Counted from the stretch's first letter, positions 1-6,966 are shown. The stretch is 11,087 nt of DNA from Candidatus Hermodarchaeota archaeon (GCA_048885925.1 JBHLLG010000094.1:1-11087), one strand, 5' to 3'. Numbers and translations are program-made. The notes: generated by a model from the letters alone, not told the origin.

Positions 1-19
1 TATTTTGAGTGAATTTATT

Positions 20-892
20 ATGAAATCGATGATAATAACTCCTAATTCAAATGACCCAGAAGTTCAAATTCTTTCTGTTGAATTAAGAAAAAGGGGTTAT
101 AGTGTTGATTATTTTATTCCTTCCACAATTAAAGTAGGGATTGGTTTTCAACGTAGTTTTTATAAACAATTTGAAACTCTTGAACCTAAAGCAGCGCTTG
201 TAAGGGGATTTGGGGCGGCTTCTACTCAAAAGATTTTCTTTAGACTTGATATTTTAAGAGCAATAGAAGAATATAATGTAAAATTAATAAATTCAAGAGA
301 AGCATTAGAAATTGCGAGTGACAAATTTTTAACATCAATATTTTTAGAAAGATACCAGATCTCAACCCCAAAAACAATAATTTGTGAAGATCCACAGAAA
401 GCTCTCGAAGCTTTTGATGACTTAGGAGGAGATTGTGTTTTAAAACCACTTTATGGATCTAAAGGGATTGGAATAACAAGGTTGAATGATAAAGCATTTG
501 CAGAAAATGTAATCTACTCACTTGCACAATTAAATCAAGTTTTCTATATACAGGAATTTATTCATCATCAGAATCGAGATATTAGAATTCTGGTATTAGG
601 AGATAAAGCTATTGCGGGTATGTATAGAGTTGGTGATAGTTGGAAAACAAATATTTATACTGGTGCTAAAGCTGAACCTATAGAATTAACTAATGAACTA
701 AAAGAATTAGCAATTAAAGCCGCAAAAATAACTAAAACTGAAATTGCAGGAGTTGATATATTAGAAAGTGAAGAAGGTTTTTCTGTACTTGAAGTTAATT
801 CAATTCCAGGATTTACTGCATTGCAAAAAGTTTCAGATATTAATTTAGGAGAGGAAATTGTTAATTACTTTATTGAAAATGCTCAGCATTAG
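20..892 (+). CDS. RimK-family ATP-grasp alpha-L-glutamate ligase (possibly MptN-like, tetrahydromethanopterin:glutamate ligase)
   Basis: ATP-grasp/RimK motifs ASDKFLT, VLKPLYGSKGIGI, YIQEFI, RDIRILVLG, WKTNIYTGA, AGVDIL and VLEVNSIPGF. The ORF track starts at TTG 5; the in-frame ATG at 20 is more likely. The family is secure, the substrate is not. Confidence 0.9.
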   Translation: MKSMIITPNSNDPEVQILSVELRKRGYSVDYFIPSTIKVGIGFQRSFYKQFETLEPKAALVRGFGAASTQKIFFRLDILRAIEEYNVKLINSREALEIASDKFLTSIFLERYQISTPKTIICEDPQKALEAFDDLGGDCVLKPLYGSKGIGITRLNDKAFAENVIYSLAQLNQVFYIQEFIHHQNRDIRILVLGDKAIAGMYRVGDSWKTNIYTGAKAEPIELTNELKELAIKAAKITKTEIAGVDILESEEGFSVLEVNSIPGFTALQKVSDINLGEEIVNYFIENAQH

Positions 893-912
893 ACATATAT
901 AAACCATAATAT

Positions 913-921
913 AAAAAAAAA
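913..921 (-). terminator. Oligo-T tract (T9 on the minus strand), putative archaeal terminator
   Basis: A9 run on + lies about 35 nt downstream of the stop of the minus-strand gene 956..1291, in a convergent gap. Confidence 0.35.
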
Positions 922-955
922 TTAAAAAGAGTAAAGTTTGATTTAAACGATCGCT

Positions 956-1291
956 TTATAAATCTTCAATAAGACCAATCAATCCAGCTATGAGAACTAA
1001 AATACATGCCCAAATTCCCGCACCGAATACTACCAATAGTATAGCCAATATTATTAAAACAAGCCAATGGAATGGAATTGGATTATTAGGTTTTAAAGCT
1101 ACTAAAAATGTTAGAATAACAATTACTAAACCAACAACGAAAATAATTATTGCATCTAAAGCTATTAAAGGATCAACAAAACCATAATCTTCCATACCAG
1201 CAAGCCTTAAAATTAAAGTTACAAGACCTACAATCGCTCCGATGATAACCAGAAATTTCATCAATTGTTCATTTTTATAATGTTTTGTCAT
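956..1291 (-). CDS. Small integral membrane protein of unknown function (about 4 hydrophobic segments)
   Basis: 111 aa, ATG start. Hydrophobic stretches FLVIIGAIVGLVTLIL, IIIFVVGLVIVILTFLVAL, WLVLIILAILLVVFG and IWACILVLIAGLIGLI. Fills the gap between neighbouring genes. Confidence 0.85.
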   Translation of the reverse strand: MTKHYKNEQLMKFLVIIGAIVGLVTLILRLAGMEDYGFVDPLIALDAIIIFVVGLVIVILTFLVALKPNNPIPFHWLVLIILAILLVVFGAGIWACILVLIAGLIGLIEDL

Positions 1292-1433
1292 AAATTATCA
1301 TCTTTTTTATAAGAGTTATTTTAATTAAGATTTCAAATTATAAAAGATTTTAATTTTTTCATTTTGGAAATATTATAAATGATAGGAAGGATTTGATAAA
1401 ACTTTAATTAATCCTTAAAATGATGTTATAAAT

Positions 1434-2378
1434 ATGATTCAAAAAAATAATCAATTTAATGGTAATATTTTAGCAAATACATATTCTATTGTTGCTCGAG
1501 ATCCTAAAACTGGTGAAATGGGAGTTGGAGTACAAAGTCATTGGTTTTCAGTAGGGAGTGTTGTCTCATGGGGAGAAGCAGGAGTTGGCGTAGTTGCCAC
1601 ACAATCACTTGTTAATAAGTCCTTTGGATTGAGAGGACTTGAGCTATTAAGGCAAGGGATATCTCCTAAAAAAGCTGTGGAATTGCTTCTCTCAGATGAT
1701 GAAGGAAGAGATGTAAGACAACTTGCTATTTTAAATACCCATGGAAAAGTGGCTACTCATACAGGAAAAAAGTGTATAAAACATGCGGGTCATATTAAAG
1801 GAGATAATTTTTCTGTTCAAGCAAATATGATGCTCACTGATAAAGTTTGGTCTGTTATGGCTTCTTTTTTTGAAAAAAATAATAGTTTATTATTGCCCGA
1901 GCGTATAATTAAAAGTTTAGAAGCTGCAGAATCCGTAGGAGGTGATATTAGAGGTAAACAGTCTGCTGCTTTATTAATTGTTTCTGGTGAACCTACAGAG
2001 AATAAATGGGAAGATCCCCTCATTGATCTTAGAGTTGAGGATCACACAGAGCCATTAAAAGAATTAAGGAGATTATTGAAAGTATATAGAGCATATGAGC
2101 ATATGAATAATGGGGATCTTGCGATAGAGAAAGGTGATATGAATAAAGCACTCAAAGAATATGATGCTGCTCAGAAATTATTACCTGAAAATCTTGAAAC
2201 GACGTATTGGACAGCAATTTCCTTAGCTAATCAAAAAAAACTTAATCAAGCATTAATATTATTTAAAAAGGTTTTTAAAATTGATAAAAATTGGCGATTA
2301 CTCACAGAAAGACTTCCTGATTCAGGATTATTAAATATTAATAAAGATGAAATGAATCTGATTTTATCAATAAAATAA
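1434..2378 (+). CDS. DUF1028-family Ntn-hydrolase-fold protein with C-terminal TPR-like helices
   Basis: DUF1028 motifs TYSIVARD, GVGVVATQS, RQLAIL, ATHTG, SVQANM, GGDIRGKQSAAL and DLRVEDHTEPLKEL. The C-terminus AYEHMNNGDLA...ALKEYDAAQKLLPEN...YWTAISLA...ALILFKKVFKID is TPR-like. Confidence 0.9.
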   Translation: MIQKNNQFNGNILANTYSIVARDPKTGEMGVGVQSHWFSVGSVVSWGEAGVGVVATQSLVNKSFGLRGLELLRQGISPKKAVELLLSDDEGRDVRQLAILNTHGKVATHTGKKCIKHAGHIKGDNFSVQANMMLTDKVWSVMASFFEKNNSLLLPERIIKSLEAAESVGGDIRGKQSAALLIVSGEPTENKWEDPLIDLRVEDHTEPLKELRRLLKVYRAYEHMNNGDLAIEKGDMNKALKEYDAAQKLLPENLETTYWTAISLANQKKLNQALILFKKVFKIDKNWRLLTERLPDSGLLNINKDEMNLILSIK

Positions 2379-2461
2379 TAGAATTAAGATTTTTCAATTA
2401 ATAGATTCATAATACCTCGATATTTTTGTGTTTTAAGTAATAAGATAAATGTTAGAAAAAT

Positions 2462-2632
2462 GTGATTGAAGAAAAAATATTGCGGTATAGAAGTGAAATT
2501 GAGGTTGCAAAAGAGTTATCTAAAAGAAAATATGCCAATCACAATTATTATGATAATTTAATTTCTAAATTTGAAAAGATCTTAAGATTTTATGAGGATC
2601 TAAAAAATTGGAAGGAACTCACAGAAAGTTAA
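2462..2632 (+). CDS. Small hypothetical helical protein (56 aa), absent from the ORF track
   Basis: Translated by hand from GTG 2462 to TAA 2632: (M)IEEKILRYRSEIEVAKELSKRKYANHNYYDNLISKFEKILRFYEDLKNWKELTES. Protein-like composition. It fills most of the 276-nt gap and ends 22 nt from the convergent NTPase gene. Confidence 0.65.
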   Translation: MIEEKILRYRSEIEVAKELSKRKYANHNYYDNLISKFEKILRFYEDLKNWKELTES

Positions 2633-2654
2633 TTTTAATTCTATAAAATCTATT

Positions 2655-3230
2655 CTATAGATTTAATTGATATAATTCTTTATTAATGAAAGGGAGCATA
2701 GCACATATTGCAGCTTGTTTGAGAATTTCCTTTCTTGTAATAACATTTTTACTTAAAAAACTAATAGCTCCAGATTCATTCTTTAAATTTTCATTTCCTG
2801 CAAGTTTTCCTATAATTTCACCAATTTCTTTATCTTTTTCTTGTAAGATTTGATCAATGACAAATTTAGGATATTCAAAGGTAATACCAGAACCTAGAGA
2901 AATTTGTTTTTCTTCATTAATGATAGCACAGAATTGGAAATCCATAAAACCTGATTTTGTATAGGGCACTTCAGCTAATCCTGCTTCTATTCCAACTCCA
3001 AAAATATCATTCTGTATCTTTTTTTCATTAATTAAATAATTTAATGAACTTTTTGCTCTGGTAATAGCGCCTTTAATAATATTCTTTAATCCTATGGGTT
3101 GATTTGATACTTTTGAATCTACTTTAATATTATATACTCTAAAATTCTTAAAAAATTTGGTAAGTGCCTCCTCTACAGCTTTTATTTTAGTTGGGTTTAA
3201 GGACCCTACGCATACATTAATTTTGTACAT
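2655..3230 (-). CDS. yjjX: Inosine/xanthosine triphosphatase (YjjX/DUF84 family)
   Basis: Motifs VGSLNPTKIKAV, SKVSNQP, GAITRA, GVGIEAG, EIGEII and GAISFLSKNVITR...AAICAMLPF. Confidence 0.92.
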   Translation of the reverse strand: MYKINVCVGSLNPTKIKAVEEALTKFFKNFRVYNIKVDSKVSNQPIGLKNIIKGAITRAKSSLNYLINEKKIQNDIFGVGIEAGLAEVPYTKSGFMDFQFCAIINEEKQISLGSGITFEYPKFVIDQILQEKDKEIGEIIGKLAGNENLKNESGAISFLSKNVITRKEILKQAAICAMLPFINKELYQLNL

Positions 3231-3243
3231 GACTTTTTTTTTC

Positions 3244-3849
3244 TTACTCTAATTGGAATAAATTTATATCAAATTCTTTTTTAAGTAATTTATACAATTT
3301 CTGCATTGGTAATCCAATAACATTTGATGAAGAACCATTTATTTTATTTATGAACAAACTTGCCCTATCGTTTATTGAATAAGCTCCAGCCCTTCCTTTC
3401 CATTCATCAGTTTTAATATATTCTAATATTTCATCATCAGATAGTTCGAGAAATTCGACAATAGTGATATCTGAATCTAAAATCATTTTTGGGTTTTCAA
3501 TATCAGTTATCGCAATACCCGTTATGAGTTTATGTGCTTTTCCCATCAATTTTTTTAGAATCTTGAAGGCTTCGCTATTATTTTGAGCTTTTCCAATAAT
3601 TTCTTCATTAATTTCCACTAAAGTATCTGCAGCAATAATGATTGGATTGCTACTTTCTTCTAATAATTTATTTTTTGCGAATAAAGCTTTTTGTTTAGCA
3701 ATCTCTTTAACTAATTCAACTGGATCTGAGAATTGAGCTATATATTTTTCTTCGTTAATGTTTGTTATAAAAGTCTCGAATGGGATTCTAGCTCGTTTGA
3801 AAATTTCGCTTCGATCATTTGATTTTGAAGCTAAAATAATTTTTTTCAT
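3244..3849 (-). CDS. maf: Maf-family nucleoside triphosphate pyrophosphatase
   Basis: Motifs IILASKS, INEE, AKQKA, IIAADT, IIGK, HKLITG, EILEYI, AGAY and GSSSNVIGLP. The ATG at 3849 is preferred over the GTG at 3861. Confidence 0.92.
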   Translation of the reverse strand: MKKIILASKSNDRSEIFKRARIPFETFITNINEEKYIAQFSDPVELVKEIAKQKALFAKNKLLEESSNPIIIAADTLVEINEEIIGKAQNNSEAFKILKKLMGKAHKLITGIAITDIENPKMILDSDITIVEFLELSDDEILEYIKTDEWKGRAGAYSINDRASLFINKINGSSSNVIGLPMQKLYKLLKKEFDINLFQLE

Positions 3850-3991
3850 TATTTTTTCCACTTAATTGGAATTTAAAACCTATTTTATAATAAGTTCATT
3901 CTTGTTGTAAATTTTTTTGTATGAATTATTTTTAAATTAATAAATTAATTAGTAATGAAAATACATAGCTTTAATTAATTCTAAGCACCAA

Positions 3992-3998
3992 TATATAA
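3992..3998 (+). promoter_or_regulatory. Putative TATA box (TATATAA) for the first lipid-kinase gene
   Basis: Lies about 27 nt upstream of ATG 4025, the spacing expected for a leaderless archaeal transcript. Weak evidence because the DNA is AT-rich. Confidence 0.3.
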
Positions 3999-4024
3999 TA
4001 ATCATTAGTGTAATCATTGAAATC

Positions 4025-5128
4025 ATGGAAATTTTTATAATATTGTACTTAATAATCATAGCCTATTTTTTTATGATTCTTTTTTATTATATACATTTTT
4101 CAGATAGATCTGATATTTTGAATAATGTATTTGGTTTTGCTTCCTTGTTTTTTATTTTTATTCATATAGTTTTATTTTTATCAATTATGAATCAAGAGGT
4201 GAGGCTTAGATCATTTTTTGTACCTTTGTGGCTTCTTACTTTAGGAGTTCCATTAATTGTTGTAAGTTTATTAATTTTGAGCTCTACAACTGTGGAGTAT
4301 TTGATTAGAAAAGTGTTCAGAAAGGATTTTTCAAAATTAAGTAAGAAATTTGAAAAAAAAGGTGAATCTTGGAGTAAAGCAAAAAAAGATACTCTTCGAA
4401 AGATAAACCATGTTTTCATTTTTATTGGTCTTTTTATTATTTGGTATATTGGATTATTTGTTGTAAATTTCTACGCTGGTACATCCGCAGGAATGGTTCC
4501 TGAAGAAAATAATATGTTTCTATTATATTTAAGAATAATAGATGAACCAAATGCAATTACGGAGGTTCTTTTTTCATTAGGGTGGTTCTACTATCTTTTG
4601 TTTTTCTTTTTTTATTCATTTTTTTTATTTATGATTGCTAACGAATTTACACGAAAATCAAGGTTTTGTTCTTTTCCTTTTAATTTCTTTCCCAAATTGT
4701 ATCTTTCTGGAAAGGAAAAAAAAAATTATGGTACATATCTTTATTTCACAATAGGTCAGATGTTTGCGGCATTCATATGCCCTCCAATGGTTCTTTTTTC
4801 AATTTTAGGTATAAGTTCAATAAGTGATTTAGTGACAAGTCAAATAGGGATAAGATTTGGAAAAAAACACATTCTTTGGAACCAAAATAAGACATGGGAG
4901 GGAACTATCGCAGGAATAATAACTACTTTTTTCTTATGTTTTTTCTTTGTTGGTTTTTTATGGTCTTTAATTTTCACTCTTCTATTTTTATTATTTGATA
5001 TCTTTACAAATAAACCAATTAATTTGTCAGATAATCTATTAATCCCCGTTGGATGTAGTTTAACTTATATCTTTATTAGATTCATTTTTGATCTTAATTA
5101 TTACACAATTTTTTTAAGTTGGTTTTAG
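4025..5128 (+). CDS. CTP-dependent diacylglycerol/polyprenol kinase-family membrane protein (Dgk1/VTE5/Sec59-like), paralog 1
   Basis: Polytopic membrane protein with LRKINH, SISDLVTSQIGIRFG, NKTWEGTIAG and LSDNLLIP, matching the RKxxH / D-x6-G-xx-FG / K[ST]xEG / DNxxxP motif series. Confidence 0.8.
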   Translation: MEIFIILYLIIIAYFFMILFYYIHFSDRSDILNNVFGFASLFFIFIHIVLFLSIMNQEVRLRSFFVPLWLLTLGVPLIVVSLLILSSTTVEYLIRKVFRKDFSKLSKKFEKKGESWSKAKKDTLRKINHVFIFIGLFIIWYIGLFVVNFYAGTSAGMVPEENNMFLLYLRIIDEPNAITEVLFSLGWFYYLLFFFFYSFFLFMIANEFTRKSRFCSFPFNFFPKLYLSGKEKKNYGTYLYFTIGQMFAAFICPPMVLFSILGISSISDLVTSQIGIRFGKKHILWNQNKTWEGTIAGIITTFFLCFFFVGFLWSLIFTLLFLLFDIFTNKPINLSDNLLIPVGCSLTYIFIRFIFDLNYYTIFLSWF

Positions 5129-5136
5129 AATAGAAT

Positions 5137-5154
5137 GAAAACAGTTTTTATATA
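5137..5154 (+). promoter_or_regulatory. Putative BRE + TATA promoter (GAAAACAG-TTTTTATATA) for the second lipid-kinase gene
   Basis: Purine-rich BRE-like stretch directly before a TTTATATA box, about 45 nt upstream of ATG 5198. Confidence 0.5.
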
Positions 5155-5197
5155 GCAGTAAAAATTTTTAAATTATTCACCTTTAAAGGTTAACAAT

Positions 5198-6229
5198 ATG
5201 TATTATTTGCCTACAAGCTTAATTTTAATTGGATATTTTTTATTGACATTTGTTTATATTATAAAAAATAGAAATGAGAAGATTGAAAAAAAGTTATTTG
5301 GCAACGAATTATTAATTGCTTTATTATTTTTAATGGCAGGGATCTTATTTCCATTCATGTATCGGTATCATTCTCCCAATTTACCTTCAAAATCTATAAA
5401 TTTTTTGTGGCTTTTTACTTCTATTTTTTTTTTAGTAGAGTTAGGATTTTTGATTGGGATTGTTGTTTATAACACAATAATCTCAATAAAAGATCCTAAT
5501 ATCATGGCTGAAAGAGATTATAATAAATACTGCGAAGAGTTTAATAAAAATTGGAAAGATGATTTGAAAAGTGAGTATGGTAGAAAACTTTTACATATAT
5601 TTACCTGCGCTGTTATATTTTTCTTTTGGACAATAGGATTGATTCTTGACGATATAGGTGTTCTAACTAAATGGGGTTTGGATAATTATAGTTTTTCTTA
5701 TTTTTTGATCATTACAATTGGATATGGATTTGTTATAATGTTTCAAATAGCAGATCTTGCACGCTTAAATAAATTTTATATGCTCCCAAAATGGGCTAAA
5801 AGATGGTATATGGATATGAAAAAGAGTGAATTAGATACATTTGTAGCTTCTACACCATTAGTTTTAGCTCTTTCACCTTTCATTTTCGCTCCATTTCCAA
5901 TCTTTGCTTCTGTTGCATTAATAACGACAGGAGCAGATGGTATAGCTTGTATAATAGGTAAAAAATATGGAAAATGTAAATTGAGAAAGAAATCTGATAA
6001 AACATGGGAAGGTTTTATAGCTGGTGGGTTAGCTACTTTTCTAATAGTCCTTATAGTTCCGATGATATATTATGCTTGGTTTCCTATAAGCCTTGAAAAA
6101 ATTGTTTTAATGGCGATAATAGCAACTGTTTTATTTTTGTTGATAGATGCATTTGTTAGACAGTTTTCTGATAATATTTTAAATCCAATATTAACTGGAT
6201 TTGGAATGTGGTTAATTTTTATTTTGTAA
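5198..6229 (+). CDS. CTP-dependent diacylglycerol/polyprenol kinase-family membrane protein (Dgk1/VTE5/Sec59-like), paralog 2
   Basis: Polytopic membrane protein with GRKLLH, GADGIACIIGKKYG, DKTWEGFIAG and FSDNILNP. Confidence 0.82.
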   Translation: MYYLPTSLILIGYFLLTFVYIIKNRNEKIEKKLFGNELLIALLFLMAGILFPFMYRYHSPNLPSKSINFLWLFTSIFFLVELGFLIGIVVYNTIISIKDPNIMAERDYNKYCEEFNKNWKDDLKSEYGRKLLHIFTCAVIFFFWTIGLILDDIGVLTKWGLDNYSFSYFLIITIGYGFVIMFQIADLARLNKFYMLPKWAKRWYMDMKKSELDTFVASTPLVLALSPFIFAPFPIFASVALITTGADGIACIIGKKYGKCKLRKKSDKTWEGFIAGGLATFLIVLIVPMIYYAWFPISLEKIVLMAIIATVLFLLIDAFVRQFSDNILNPILTGFGMWLIFIL

Positions 6230-6234
6230 ACTTT

Positions 6235-6243
6235 AAAAAAAAA
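6235..6243 (-). terminator. Oligo-T tract (T9 on the minus strand) immediately after the SAMP/MoaD stop codon
   Basis: A9 run on + abuts the stop codon at 6244-6246, in a 14-nt convergent gap. Confidence 0.5.
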
Positions 6244-6534
6244 TTAGCCACCAAAATAGATATAAATAAAGACTATTTGATCCCCATCGTTTAAGAGCGT
6301 ATCTAAAAATTTATCATGACGATAGCTTTGTCCATTTATAATAATTGAAAGAAGCTTGTTAAATTTTCCCTTCTCTCCATTCTCCCAAACTAAGTTGATA
6401 AATTTATTACCATATCTTTCCCCAAAAAAATCTATTAATTCACCTAATGTTAATTCTTTATCGAATTCAAGGTTTTCAAAAAGGTTTTTGGTAACTTCAT
6501 TAAAAGGTGGAGAAAATTCGAGATTTAACTTCAT
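6244..6534 (-). CDS. MoaD/ThiS/SAMP-Urm1-like beta-grasp (ubiquitin-fold) protein
   Basis: 96 aa with TLGELID, IIINGQ, LDTLLNDGDQIVF and a C-terminal di-glycine (…YIYFGG-stop). Confidence 0.88.
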   Translation of the reverse strand: MKLNLEFSPPFNEVTKNLFENLEFDKELTLGELIDFFGERYGNKFINLVWENGEKGKFNKLLSIIINGQSYRHDKFLDTLLNDGDQIVFIYIYFGG

Positions 6535-6652
6535 ATTTATTCAATATCTCCAAAATCATATCTTCTATAGATTTAATATGATATAATAATTAAAAATTTG
6601 ATTATAATAAAAAATAAAAAGATTAGATAAGATTTTTAATTTTCAATTACGT

Positions 6653-6853
6653 TTAATCATCTTCTTGTGCTTCTTTTAGTCCTTTCTTAATTCCTTTTTT
6701 CACACTTCCAGATTTTACAGCTTTTTTAACACCTTTACCAGCCGCTTCTGATCCAGTAACTCCTTCCACTAATTTTCCTAAGCCTTTGGCAAATCCTTTC
6801 TTTAATTTTTTTCCAAATTTACTTTTTTTCTTTTTTTCCTCATCTTCACCCAT
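6653..6853 (-). CDS. Small Lys/Gly-rich basic protein of unknown function (66 aa)
   Basis: ATG start with RBS-like AGGTTG 7 nt upstream. Locally more GC-rich than its flanks and has an ordered periodic sequence. 20 Lys and 12 Gly counted by hand. Confidence 0.8.
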   Translation of the reverse strand: MGEDEEKKKKSKFGKKLKKGFAKGLGKLVEGVTGSEAAGKGVKKAVKSGSVKKGIKKGLKEAQEDD

Positions 6854-6860
6854 AAATCTT

Positions 6861-6866
6861 CAACCT
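6861..6866 (-). promoter_or_regulatory. RBS-like motif AGGTTG for the Lys/Gly-rich gene
   Basis: The minus strand reads GTAGGTTGAAGATTT-ATG. Confidence 0.4.
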
Positions 6867-6966
6867 ACAGTTCGTCTTATTTTTTTTAATGAAAAAATTT
6901 TTCTTTAATATAAATTCTAGTAAATAATTAGTTTATTCTTATATTATCATAATGAAAATATGGATA

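Noticed and set aside
240-449. 69-aa minus-strand ORF
   Set aside because: Antisense shadow inside the well-supported ATP-grasp gene; no motifs.
990-1187. 65-aa plus-strand ORF rich in I/T/K/N
   Set aside because: Composition is what the reverse complement of a hydrophobic membrane gene produces.
1817-2023. 68-aa minus-strand ORF
   Set aside because: Antisense to the conserved DUF1028 core.
4192-4419. 75-aa minus-strand ORF
   Set aside because: Antisense shadow of lipid-kinase paralog 1.
4025-6229. Annotation as phosphatidate cytidylyltransferase (CdsA) because of KTWEG
   Set aside because: Both lack the CdsA C-terminal KD...PGHGG..DR.D signature and carry the kinase-branch RKxxH and DNxxxP motifs.
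6356-6586. 76-aa plus-strand ORF
   Set aside because: Overlaps antisense to the SAMP/MoaD gene, which has clear motifs.
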